From: [Eubacterium] saphenum
GTDB taxonomy: Bacteria > Bacillota > Clostridia > Oscillospirales > Ruminococcaceae
NCBI GenBank assembly: GCA_004554555.1
Contig: SFLN01000016.1
Coordinates: 1 to 55,880 of the forward strand
Direction: 5' to 3'
Length of the DNA stretch: 55,880 bases
This document shows positions 19,130 through 28,320 of the stretch, piece by piece; within the stretch, counting starts at the first letter, position 1, and the number at the start of each line of letters is the position of its first letter. Made by a program: the position numbers and the translations under genes. Below the pieces are notes generated by a model, which did no database searches, was not told the DNA's origin, and was given only the letters and a program-made list of their open reading frames with translations.

Positions 19130-21778
19130 ATGAAATGGACGGGATTAAATGAACTTCGCGAGAAGTATCTTTCCTTTTTTGAGAGCAAGGGACATCTGCG
19201 CTTGCCGAGCTTTCCGCTTGTGCCGCCTGCGGACGATAACTCAATCCTGCTGATAAACGCGGGAATGACTCCCCTTAAAAAGTATTTCCAGGGCATCGAG
19301 GAGCCGCCGCGCCACCGCGTTACCACTTGCCAGAAGTGCATAAGAACGCCCGATATCGAGAATGTCGGCAAAACCGCGCGCCACGGCACTTATTTCGAGA
19401 TGCTCGGCAATTTCTCGTTCGGCGATTACTTCAAGCACGAGGCTATCGCGTGGGCTTGGGAATTTTTGACAAAGGTTCTCGAAATCCCCGAAAATCTGCT
19501 TTGGGTAACGATTTACGAGGAGGATGACGAGGCTGCCGATATCTGGGCAAACGAGGTCGGAGTGCCGCGCGAGAGGATTATCCGTCTCGGCAAAAAGGAC
19601 AATTTCTGGGAGCACGGAAGCGGTCCCTGCGGTCCTTGCTCGGAAATCCACTATGACCGCGGCGAGAAGTACGGTCATTTCGACCACATCGGTCAGGACA
19701 ATTTCGAGGAAGTCGGCGACTGCGACAGAATTATCGAAATCTGGAACAACGTTTTCACGCAGTTCGACAACGACGGCAAGGGCAACTACACCCAGCTCGC
19801 TACCAAAAATATCGACACGGGAATGGGCTTGGAGCGTCTTGCGTGCGTTATGCAGGACGTGGACAACCTGTTCGAGGTTGATACCGTCAAGAATATTATG
19901 GGCAAAATCTGCTCGATTCTCGGCGCGAACTACCACGACGACGACAAAAAGGATATCTCAATCCGCGTCATCACCGACCATATCCGTTCCACAACCTTTA
20001 TGGCGGGCGACGGAATTCTCCCGTCAAACGAGGGGCGCGGCTACGTTATGAGAAGACTGCTCCGCAGAGCCGCACGTCACGGCAGACTGCTCGGCTACCA
20101 CAAGCCGTTCCTCTATGAAGTCTGCGACACCGTTATTGACGAGAATTTAACGGCTTATCCTGAGCTTGCCGAGAAGCGCGCTTACATCAAGAAGGTCATT
20201 CAGACCGAGGAGGAGAGCTTCGGCAAGACCATCGACAACGGCTCGGCTATTCTCGATGAGATGATTGAGGAGCTTGTCAAAAACGGCGAGAAAACGCTTT
20301 CGGGCGAGAACGCGTTCAAGCTCCACGACACCTACGGTTTCCCGCTTGATTTGACCAAGGAAATTCTCGGTGAAAAGGGACTTTCGGTTGACGAGGAAGG
20401 CTTCGCCGAGTGTATGAAAAACCAGAAGGAAACCGCCCGCAAGAACAAAAAGCTCGGCGGCGGCTGGGACAACGCGAAGAACTCCGCGCTTGACGCGTTC
20501 AAGACGGAATTTGTCGGCTACGACACGCTTGAAACCGAGGCGAAAATCCTCGCTATCACCAAGGACGGCGAGTGCGTGGATTTGTGCGGCGCGGGTGATG
20601 AAGTCGGCGTGGTTATCGACAAAACGCCGTTCTATGCGGAAATGGGCGGTCAGGTCGGCGACAAAGGCGTGATTTTCCACGGCAGCGATGAGCTTGAGGT
20701 TCTCGACACGCAGAAGCTCGGCGGCGGGCAGTTCGTATGCCGCTGCGCGGTTAAGAAGGGCGGCTTCGAGGTCGGCGACACGGTAACGGCAAAGGTTGAC
20801 GAGCAGCTTCGTCTTGCCACTCAGAGAAACCACACCTGCTGCCACATTTTGCAGGCGGCTTTGCGCAAGGTTCTCGGCGACCACGTTCACCAGTGCGGCT
20901 CTTACGTTGACCCGTATCAGTGCCGTTTCGACTTCAGCCACTTCAGCGCGATGACTCCCGAGGAAATTCAGCAGGTTGAAAATTACGTCAACAGCGTAAT
21001 TATGGCGGCGGTTCCCGTTGTAACCGAGGTTCTGCCGATTGAGGAAGCGAAGAAGAAAGGCGCAATGGCGCTGTTTGGCGAGAAGTACGGCGATGTTGTA
21101 CGCGTGGTATCGGTCGGCGATTATTCGACGGAGTTCTGCGGCGGCACGCACCTCAAAAATTCCTCGCAGGCGGGACTTTTCAAGATTGTCTTTGAAACGT
21201 CCGTGGCAAGCGGCGTAAGACGTATTCAGGCGATAACCGGTATGGCGGTTATGTCGATGCTCTGCGATTACAAGGACACGCTCGACAAGGCTTGCGCGGT
21301 GCTGAAAGCGCAGAATTCGGACGATTTGGTTCAGCGCGCGGAGAGCGTTGTGGCTCAGCTTCGTGAAAAGGACAGAAAAATCGAGAGTATGGAGCAGGCT
21401 GCGGCAAACGCAAAGCTCGGCGATATTTTCGCGAACGTTCCCGAGATTAACGGCGTGAAGCTGGTTTGCGCGAAGCTTGACGGAATGGGCGCGGACGGTC
21501 TGCGCAAGACCGGCGACAGCGTTGCCGACAAGTTTGACTGCTTCGTTGCCGTTCTTGCGGGAACAGCCGACGGCAAGAGCAACATTTTGTGCAAATGCTC
21601 CAAGAGCGCGGTTGAAAAGGGCGCGAACGCGGGCACGCTTGTCCGTGAAATAGCGGCTGTTGCCGGCGGTAAGGGCGGCGGAAAGCCCGACCAGGCAATG
21701 GCGGGAGTTCCCGACGCGGCAAAGCTCGGCGCGGCTCTTGACGCAGCGAAGGAAATTGTTTCCAAGTATATTAAGTAA
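19130..21778 (+). CDS. alaS: Alanine--tRNA ligase
   Basis: NAGM, TYFEMLGNFSFGDYFK, IDTGMGLERL, editing motifs HTCCH and EFCGGTH, C-terminal GGKGGG. Confidence 0.99.
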   Translation: MKWTGLNELREKYLSFFESKGHLRLPSFPLVPPADDNSILLINAGMTPLKKYFQGIEEPPRHRVTTCQKCIRTPDIENVGKTARHGTYFEMLGNFSFGDYFKHEAIAWAWEFLTKVLEIPENLLWVTIYEEDDEAADIWANEVGVPRERIIRLGKKDNFWEHGSGPCGPCSEIHYDRGEKYGHFDHIGQDNFEEVGDCDRIIEIWNNVFTQFDNDGKGNYTQLATKNIDTGMGLERLACVMQDVDNLFEVDTVKNIMGKICSILGANYHDDDKKDISIRVITDHIRSTTFMAGDGILPSNEGRGYVMRRLLRRAARHGRLLGYHKPFLYEVCDTVIDENLTAYPELAEKRAYIKKVIQTEEESFGKTIDNGSAILDEMIEELVKNGEKTLSGENAFKLHDTYGFPLDLTKEILGEKGLSVDEEGFAECMKNQKETARKNKKLGGGWDNAKNSALDAFKTEFVGYDTLETEAKILAITKDGECVDLCGAGDEVGVVIDKTPFYAEMGGQVGDKGVIFHGSDELEVLDTQKLGGGQFVCRCAVKKGGFEVGDTVTAKVDEQLRLATQRNHTCCHILQAALRKVLGDHVHQCGSYVDPYQCRFDFSHFSAMTPEEIQQVENYVNSVIMAAVPVVTEVLPIEEAKKKGAMALFGEKYGDVVRVVSVGDYSTEFCGGTHLKNSSQAGLFKIVFETSVASGVRRIQAITGMAVMSMLCDYKDTLDKACAVLKAQNSDDLVQRAESVVAQLREKDRKIESMEQAAANAKLGDIFANVPEINGVKLVCAKLDGMGADGLRKTGDSVADKFDCFVAVLAGTADGKSNILCKCSKSAVEKGANAGTLVREIAAVAGGKGGGKPDQAMAGVPDAAKLGAALDAAKEIVSKYIK

Positions 21779-21786
21779 TAGCTCAC

Positions 21787-21817
21787 AAATGCTGTTTTCG
21801 CTCAGGAAACAGCATTT
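21787..21817 (+). terminator. Stem-loop after alaS (no clear U tract)
   Basis: AAATGCTGTTT...AAACAGCATTT, 11-bp perfect arms. Confidence 0.45.
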
Positions 21818-21873
21818 CGGGTAAATAACGAAACCTTTTAGAAAAAATGTTGTTATAATAAATGGAGGTCATT

Positions 21874-22215
21874 ATGGAAAATTGTTTGTTCTGCAAAATA
21901 ATCAAAGGCGAAATCCCCTCGACAAAGGTGTACGAGGACGAGAAAATTCTGGCGTTCCGCGACATCAACCCGCAGGCTCCCACGCACATTCTGGTTATCC
22001 CGAAGGAGCACATTGACGGCGTAGACGCGCTTAACGAGAGCAACAGCGCTGTTGTATCTCACATTTTCGCTAAGATTGCCGAAATCGCGAAAAACGAGGG
22101 ACTTTCTAACGGCTACCGCGTTGTTTCAAACGTCGGCGAGGACGGCGGACAGACCGTGCGTCATCTGCACTTCCACATTATCGGCGGCGCGAAGCTGTCC
22201 GAGAAAATGTCCTGA
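21874..22215 (+). CDS. Histidine triad (HIT) nucleotide-binding protein
   Basis: CLFCKI and HLHFHIIGG; ATG 21874 after GGAGG. Confidence 0.95.
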   Translation: MENCLFCKIIKGEIPSTKVYEDEKILAFRDINPQAPTHILVIPKEHIDGVDALNESNSAVVSHIFAKIAEIAKNEGLSNGYRVVSNVGEDGGQTVRHLHFHIIGGAKLSEKMS

Positions 22216-22230
22216 TAAGGTCGGTGCGCG

Positions 22231-23274
22231 ATGCCTAAGATAACCGAAAGCGAGTTGAAAAAGAGTCTTGGCGGCGAGCTTTCGCGGGTGTATTTTCTGT
22301 ACGGCGAAGAGGATTTTCTCGTGAGAACCTACGCCGAGAAAATTGTCGCGGCGGCTGTCGGCGAGGAGCGCGATATGAATTTCGTGAAATATGCCGACGC
22401 GCCGTCTGCGGACGAGCTTTCGGACTATCTCGACAGTATGCCGTTTCTCGCGGATTACAAGTGCGTGCTGGTTGAGGATTTGGACTTTGACGCGCTGCCC
22501 ATAGCCGAGCAAAACGCTTATCTGAAGCTGCTCGAGAACATACCGGACACGTCTGTTCTGGTTATTGCGCAGCTTCATATAGACCCGCTGGTTTACGACG
22601 CGAAAAAGGGTAAAGCAAAGCCGAAAAAGCTGCTTGACGCGGCGGTGAAGAACGGCGCTGTGTGCGAGTTTAAGTATCTTCCCGCGGCAAAGGTGAGCGG
22701 GCTTGCGATACGGCGGTTTGAGCGCGCGGGCTGCTCAATATCCGAGGAGAACGCGTTTTATCTCGCGGAGGAATGCGGCTATTCGCTGACAATGCTGGGC
22801 TGTGAAATCGACAAGCTCACCGCTTACGCCGAGGGGCGAGAAATCACCCGCGAGGATATCGAAATGCTTGTTCCGAAGCGGGTTGACGCGGGAATTTACA
22901 CGCTCTCCGACGCGATTTTTGCCGGTGAAATCAACCGCGCCTACGAAATTCTTGACGAGCTGATAATTCAAGGCTACAAGGTGAACGAGGCGTTTCTGGT
23001 GCTGGCGGGGCATATCACGGATTTGTACAGAGCGCGGCTTGCGATAAACGCGGGCAAAAACAGCGCTCAGGCAGCAACCGCCTACAATTACCCGCCGAAC
23101 CGCTCCTTTATTATGAGGAACGCGTTTGGTAAAGCGTCGAAGCTCCCGCTGCGGTATCTCGCGGACTGCGTTTACATTATGTACAACACGAACAAGCTGC
23201 TCAACTCGTCAAAAGCGGACAGCAGACTGCTTGTCGAAAAGGCGATAACGGAAATCTCGCGGCTTCAGAAATAA
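22231..23274 (+). CDS. holA: DNA polymerase III subunit delta
   Basis: VYFLYGEEDFL, SMPFLAD and EIDKL..Y motifs; 347 aa. Confidence 0.9.
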   Translation: MPKITESELKKSLGGELSRVYFLYGEEDFLVRTYAEKIVAAAVGEERDMNFVKYADAPSADELSDYLDSMPFLADYKCVLVEDLDFDALPIAEQNAYLKLLENIPDTSVLVIAQLHIDPLVYDAKKGKAKPKKLLDAAVKNGAVCEFKYLPAAKVSGLAIRRFERAGCSISEENAFYLAEECGYSLTMLGCEIDKLTAYAEGREITREDIEMLVPKRVDAGIYTLSDAIFAGEINRAYEILDELIIQGYKVNEAFLVLAGHITDLYRARLAINAGKNSAQAATAYNYPPNRSFIMRNAFGKASKLPLRYLADCVYIMYNTNKLLNSSKADSRLLVEKAITEISRLQK

Positions 23275-23275
23275 T

Positions 23276-23878
23276 ATGAGTAAAATCAAGATAAAACAGG
23301 CAATAATAGTAGAAGGCAAATACGATAAAATTCGATTGTCATCGCTGATTGACGCGGTGATAGTGCCGGTCGGGGGATTTTCCGTGTTCAAGGACGGGGA
23401 AACCGCCGAGCTTATCCGCGCGCTTGCTGAGAAAAACGGCGTGATTATACTTACGGACAGCGACGGCGCGGGCTTCCTTATCCGAAAGAAAATCCGTGAG
23501 ATAACGCGGGGCTGCTCGGTGATAAACGTCTACACGCCCGATATTGTCGGCAAGGAAAAGCGCAAGCGCGAGCCGTCAAAAGAGGGGCTGCTCGGGGTTG
23601 AGGGAATGAGCGCGGAGATTTTGCTCAGCGTTTTCGAGAAAGCGGGTGTTTTCGCCGAAACCGTTCCCGAGAACAAAAATCCCGTCACAAAAGCGGATTT
23701 GCTGGAGCTGGGGCTATGCGGGAGTGATAACTCCTCGGAAAAGCGCAAAAACCTTCAGCGCGCTCTCGGACTTCCCGAAAAGCTGTCGGCGAATATGCTT
23801 TTGGAAGTCGTAAATTCAATGTACACAAAGGACGAGTTTTTCCGCGAATGCGAAAAGCTCGGGTTTCAGAAAGGATAA
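23276..23878 (+). CDS. rnmV: Toprim-domain protein, ribonuclease M5-like with C-terminal DUF4093-type domain
   Basis: IVEGKYD, LTDSDGAG, LLGVEG, DLLELGL. Confidence 0.8.
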   Translation: MSKIKIKQAIIVEGKYDKIRLSSLIDAVIVPVGGFSVFKDGETAELIRALAEKNGVIILTDSDGAGFLIRKKIREITRGCSVINVYTPDIVGKEKRKREPSKEGLLGVEGMSAEILLSVFEKAGVFAETVPENKNPVTKADLLELGLCGSDNSSEKRKNLQRALGLPEKLSANMLLEVVNSMYTKDEFFRECEKLGFQKG

Positions 23879-23884
23879 ATTTGA

Positions 23885-25318
23885 GTGGTTTTTTCAAGCT
23901 TGACGTTTCTGTTCTTCTTCTTTTTGCCGGCAACGCTGATTATTTACTATCTCGTGCCGAAAAAAGCGAAGAATGTTGTAATCCTCATAAGCGGACTGGT
24001 GTTCTACGCGTGGGGTGAGCCGATTTACGTTCTGGCGATGATTTTGTCAACGTTCATCGACTACACCGCGGGCAGAATTATCGCGAAATACGACGATAAT
24101 CCGAAAATCCGCAAAGCGTGCCTTATAGTATCGCTGGTGATGAACTTGGGGCTGCTTGCGACGTTCAAGTACCTCGGTTTTATCATCGAGTCGTTCAACG
24201 GCTGGTTTGGCTGGACGATACCGAACCCGAACCTGCCGCTGCCGATAGGCATCAGCTTCTTCACGTTCCAGTCGATGAGCTATACGATTGACCTGTACCG
24301 CCGCAACATCAAGGTGCAGAAGAGCGCGGTGAATTTTATGGCGTTCGTGACGCTTTTTCCGCAGATTGTCGCGGGACCGATTGTGCGCTACGAGGACGTT
24401 CAGCACGAAATTGACGACCGCAAAATCACCGAGAGTATGCTCGCGGACGGAATTTCGCGCTTTATCACGGGACTTGGAAAAAAGGTGCTGATTGCCAACA
24501 ACATCGGCGCGCTCTGGACGGAAATCAAGGCGATGGAGTACTCCACGCTGTCTGCCGGCACGGCTTGGCTCGGTATACTCGCGTTCACGTTCCAAATCTA
24601 TTTTGACTTCTCGGGCTACTCGGATATGGCGATTGGCTTGGGCAAGATGATGGGCTTCAACTTCCCCGAAAACTTCAACTACCCGTATCAGTCAAAGAGT
24701 GTTTCGGAGTTCTGGCGGCGCTGGCACATCACGCTCGGCGCGTGGTTCAGAAGCTACGTTTATATACCGCTCGGCGGCAACCGCAAAGGTCTTGCCCGCA
24801 CGATAATCAACCTGCTCATCGTCTGGACAATCACGGGTATCTGGCACGGCGCTTCGTGGAATTTTATGCTGTGGGGCGCGTATTTCGGTGTTCTGATAGT
24901 TATCGAGCGGCTTTTCCTCGGGAAAATTCTCGAGAAAATCCCCGCGTTTTTCAGCTGGCTGTACACGTTTTTGATGGTAGTTTTCGGCTGGATAATGTTC
25001 GACGGAGTAACTCCCGGCACAACGGATTTCGGGGAGATGTTCTCGCAGGTGTTCGGGTATATCGGCGCGATGTTCGGCGCAAACGGCGTTGGACTCGACA
25101 ATTTCGCGATAAATTCGTTCGTGAATTACAGTGTGATTTTCGCGGTTTGCATTATCGGCTGCACGGACATTCTCAAAAATCTCTACACGAAAATCAAGGA
25201 AAAAGCGCCGCAGTGGGTTATGTACGGATTTCCCGTTTTGCAGAGCGGCGTGATGCTGGCGAGCATCGCGTTTGTGGCGACCAGCTCCTACAACCCGTTC
25301 CTTTACTTTAACTTTTGA
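23885..25318 (+). CDS. MBOAT family O-acyltransferase (AlgI/PatA-like)
   Basis: LPIGISFFTFQ, QIYFDFSGYSDMAIG, EFWRRWHITL, GIWHGA, C-terminal YNPFLYFNF. Confidence 0.93.
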   Translation: MVFSSLTFLFFFFLPATLIIYYLVPKKAKNVVILISGLVFYAWGEPIYVLAMILSTFIDYTAGRIIAKYDDNPKIRKACLIVSLVMNLGLLATFKYLGFIIESFNGWFGWTIPNPNLPLPIGISFFTFQSMSYTIDLYRRNIKVQKSAVNFMAFVTLFPQIVAGPIVRYEDVQHEIDDRKITESMLADGISRFITGLGKKVLIANNIGALWTEIKAMEYSTLSAGTAWLGILAFTFQIYFDFSGYSDMAIGLGKMMGFNFPENFNYPYQSKSVSEFWRRWHITLGAWFRSYVYIPLGGNRKGLARTIINLLIVWTITGIWHGASWNFMLWGAYFGVLIVIERLFLGKILEKIPAFFSWLYTFLMVVFGWIMFDGVTPGTTDFGEMFSQVFGYIGAMFGANGVGLDNFAINSFVNYSVIFAVCIIGCTDILKNLYTKIKEKAPQWVMYGFPVLQSGVMLASIAFVATSSYNPFLYFNF

Positions 25319-25329
25319 CGGAGGGCAAG

Positions 25330-26544
25330 ATGAAAAAATTCAAATTTACCCCGAACAAGCTGCTGATAGGGCTGTTCGCGGTTATAATTCTCGGAATTTC
25401 GATTTCAACCGTTGCTCTCCCGAAGCTCGAACGCAGTGAAAACGAAAACCGCACTCTTGCGAAATTCCCGAGCCTTGTCAACGAAAAGGAGCTGGAAAAA
25501 GCGGAGAATTTCGGCGATGTTCTCGGCGCGGTAAAGTGGAGCTATATCACCGAGCGCGAAAAAGCGAGCTTTATGGATGACTTTGAAACCTATTTTTCCG
25601 ACCACTTGGTTGGACGTGATTTGTGGGTTGAGGGCGCGAATTTCCTGTCGCGGCTGTCGGGAAAGCGCGAGATAAACGGCGTTTACACGGTTGACAATCA
25701 GATGATTCAGACGTTCAAGGAGTACGACGCGGAGGAAGTCGCAAAGTCGCTTGACGCGATGGAAAAGTTCGCGGAGCGCTATCCCGATATACAGATGAAT
25801 TTTATGCTCGTTCCGACCTCGCAGGAGATTTTCAAGGACAAAATTCCGTCCTACGCGGGACTTCTGAGCGAGAAGGATTTCATTGACGAGTGCTATTCTA
25901 AGCTGGAAAAAGTTGGGACAATTGACGCGCTTTCCTATCTCACGGAGCACAAGAGCGAGTATATCTACTACCGTACCGACCACCACTGGACAAGCCTCGG
26001 CGCTTACTACGCGTACTGCGCGGCGGCGAAGGCGCTCGGCTACGGTGCGTACGGGCTGAACTCGTTCAACGTGGAGACCGTGAGCTCGGATTTTCGCGGC
26101 ACGCTCTACTCAAAGACGCTTGACAGCAGCGTTCCCGCAGACACGATGGACTATTATATTCTGGCAAACGGCGAGCCGAAGGTTCACATGGTATCGATTA
26201 ACGACAGCAAAACAACCGAATACGACAGCCTTTACGTCCGCGAGTACCTCGACACGAAGGACAAATATTCCTCGTTCACGGGTGAAAACGCGCCGATTGT
26301 TGAGATAACGACGGACGTTGAAAAGGGAAAAAACCTGCTCCTAATCAAGGACAGCTACGCGCATTCGCTCGTGCCGTTCCTGTCGAAGCATTACGCGAAA
26401 ATCACGATGGTTGATATGCGCTATATCAACGCGGATTTGAACAATTTTATCGATGTGAACGAATATGACCAAGTGTTGTTTATGCAGAACGTGATTACGT
26501 TCACCGAGGACAGCTATCTGAAAAAGCTGGCGCTTACGAAGTGA
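25330..26544 (+). CDS. DHHW-family membrane-anchored protein (AlgJ/AlgX-like acetyltransferase partner)
   Basis: N-terminal TM, SENENRTLA, YYRTDHHWT, KDSYA; adjacent to the MBOAT gene; ATG 25330. Confidence 0.88.
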   Translation: MKKFKFTPNKLLIGLFAVIILGISISTVALPKLERSENENRTLAKFPSLVNEKELEKAENFGDVLGAVKWSYITEREKASFMDDFETYFSDHLVGRDLWVEGANFLSRLSGKREINGVYTVDNQMIQTFKEYDAEEVAKSLDAMEKFAERYPDIQMNFMLVPTSQEIFKDKIPSYAGLLSEKDFIDECYSKLEKVGTIDALSYLTEHKSEYIYYRTDHHWTSLGAYYAYCAAAKALGYGAYGLNSFNVETVSSDFRGTLYSKTLDSSVPADTMDYYILANGEPKVHMVSINDSKTTEYDSLYVREYLDTKDKYSSFTGENAPIVEITTDVEKGKNLLLIKDSYAHSLVPFLSKHYAKITMVDMRYINADLNNFIDVNEYDQVLFMQNVITFTEDSYLKKLALTK

Positions 26545-27386
26545 GAACGGTTGAGTTTGAGGTGAGCGAGGGCGAAAACGGAATAACCGCGCTGAGTTTT
26601 CTGAAAAGGCGCGGTTTTTCGCAGCGTGCGGTTGTTGACCTGAAGAAAAACGGCGGTCTTACGCGAAACGGCGAGATTTTGCGGACGGTTGACCGAGTGT
26701 ACGCCGGCGAGAAAATCCACGCGGAAATCGCCGAGGACGGACAGGCGCTGGAGCCGGATTTTTCGGTGAACGCGCGGGTTGCGGCGGAGAGCGAGGATTT
26801 TGTGCTGTTCGACAAGGGAGCGGGAGTGCCCGTTCACCCGTCGATTTGTCACCGAACGGGAACGCTCGGGAACCTCTTTTCCGCGCTTTACCCCGACAGA
26901 GCGTTCCGACCGATACACCGCCTCGACAACAACACCTCGGGCTTTTGTCTTTGCGCGAAAAACGCGGCTGCGGCGCCGGTGCTTGCGCGGACAGCCGAGA
27001 AGCGGTACTACGCGGCGGTTTCGGGCGAAATCACCGAGCCGGGGGAGATAAACCTGCCGATTGCCCGCGCCCCCGACAGTATAATCAAGCGCGAGGTTCG
27101 AGAGGACGGCGCGCGGGCGGTGACGCTCTACAAGCCGATTTTGGTGAAAAACGGCAGAACGCTGCTCGAAATCACGCTCAAAACCGGCAGAACCCACCAA
27201 ATCCGCGTTCATTTCTCGCACATCGGCTTCCCGCTGCTCGGCGATGATTTGTACGGCGGCGACTGCTCCGAGATAACCCGCCACGCGCTCCACTGCGGGA
27301 AAATCCGCTTCGCAGAGCCGTTTTCGGGGAATTTTGTGCAGTTTGAAAGCGAGCTGCCCGAGGATATCGCGCGGCTGTTTCGGTGA
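26541..27386 (+). CDS. RluA-family pseudouridine synthase
   Basis: Catalytic HRLD, TGRTHQIRVH, GDDLYG, HALH. Confidence 0.93.
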   Translation: MRTVEFEVSEGENGITALSFLKRRGFSQRAVVDLKKNGGLTRNGEILRTVDRVYAGEKIHAEIAEDGQALEPDFSVNARVAAESEDFVLFDKGAGVPVHPSICHRTGTLGNLFSALYPDRAFRPIHRLDNNTSGFCLCAKNAAAAPVLARTAEKRYYAAVSGEITEPGEINLPIARAPDSIIKREVREDGARAVTLYKPILVKNGRTLLEITLKTGRTHQIRVHFSHIGFPLLGDDLYGGDCSEITRHALHCGKIRFAEPFSGNFVQFESELPEDIARLFR

Positions 27387-27507
27387 AAGCGGCAAATATT
27401 GACAAAAAATACAATAATTCCCAAATGCCCTAGTGAAATTCAGCCGAAAAAATAACCAAAAATCGCAGAAAAAAACTGTGTATTTTTTAGAAATTTTGCA
27501 ATAATAC

Positions 27508-27536
27508 TTGATTTATTTTAGTGAATAATGTATAAT
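27508..27536 (+). promoter_or_regulatory. SigA-type promoter of the PilZ-GGDEF cluster
   Basis: TTGATT-17 bp-TATAAT in an AT-rich intergenic region. Confidence 0.65.
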
Positions 27537-27601
27537 GTTAGAAGGGTTATTTTGCGGTGACGGGCATTTCGGTTGCCGGAAAAATTTGTACATAAAAGGG
27601 T

Positions 27602-28282
27602 TTGGTGCGTTTGCTATTCGGAGGAAAGGTTATAAAGGTCGAGCTGCTCGACGATAAGGGCAAGCTCATTCTCACTGCTGAAAAGAATTTCGTGCTGCCG
27701 AAAAATATGGACGACGATGACAGCATTGTCATTTTCAAAGGAAAAAACCTCCCCGATTTGGAGCGCAACGCGATTGTTTCCGTCGTTACCACCACAAAGG
27801 CTAACGATAGAATAAGGTACACGGGCGCGGTTTCCATGTCGATGGACACCCAGCTCAACGTCAAAATTCTAAAAAACAACGAAACGCAGGTTCTTCAGGA
27901 ACGAAGGCGTTATTTCAAAATAAAGATTAATGAAAAGGGCAGAGCGCTCTTCTATGTGCGCGGTGAAAAGACCGTGCGGTACGACGAGCCGCCCGAGATT
28001 TCGGTGCTCGACATCAACGTCGGCGGCATTTTCTTCTCGTGCGAAACCGAGGAATATGTGGAGGGCGACCTCGTGTGCGTGGACATCGATTTGTTCATCG
28101 ACTGCCCGCTCAACACCGCAGTCAAAATTCTCCGCGTCCAGCGAAACGAGGACGGCTCAATCAAGGGCTACGGGTGCTTGTTCGAGAGCCTCACGGGCGC
28201 GCAGGAGGATTACATAGGCAGATTTATAATGAAGGTTCAGTCCGAGCAGCGCAGAAAAGAAGCTGCAAAGGACGAAATTTGA
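27602..28282 (+). CDS. PilZ-domain protein (YcgR-like architecture, variant motifs)
   Basis: QERRRYFK and DINVGG in place of RxxxR and DxSxxG; C-terminal YGCLF...YIGRFI; start codon uncertain. Confidence 0.8.
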   Translation: MVRLLFGGKVIKVELLDDKGKLILTAEKNFVLPKNMDDDDSIVIFKGKNLPDLERNAIVSVVTTTKANDRIRYTGAVSMSMDTQLNVKILKNNETQVLQERRRYFKIKINEKGRALFYVRGEKTVRYDEPPEISVLDINVGGIFFSCETEEYVEGDLVCVDIDLFIDCPLNTAVKILRVQRNEDGSIKGYGCLFESLTGAQEDYIGRFIMKVQSEQRRKEAAKDEI

Positions 28283-28320
28283 TTTAAGTATATAATTTAT
28301 TTCATTTAGGGGGAAGAACG

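Noticed and set aside
27387..27601. c-di-GMP riboswitch upstream of the PilZ/GGDEF genes
   Set aside because: Only an isolated GGCAAA, upstream of the promoter; the two-stem architecture is absent and the leader is short
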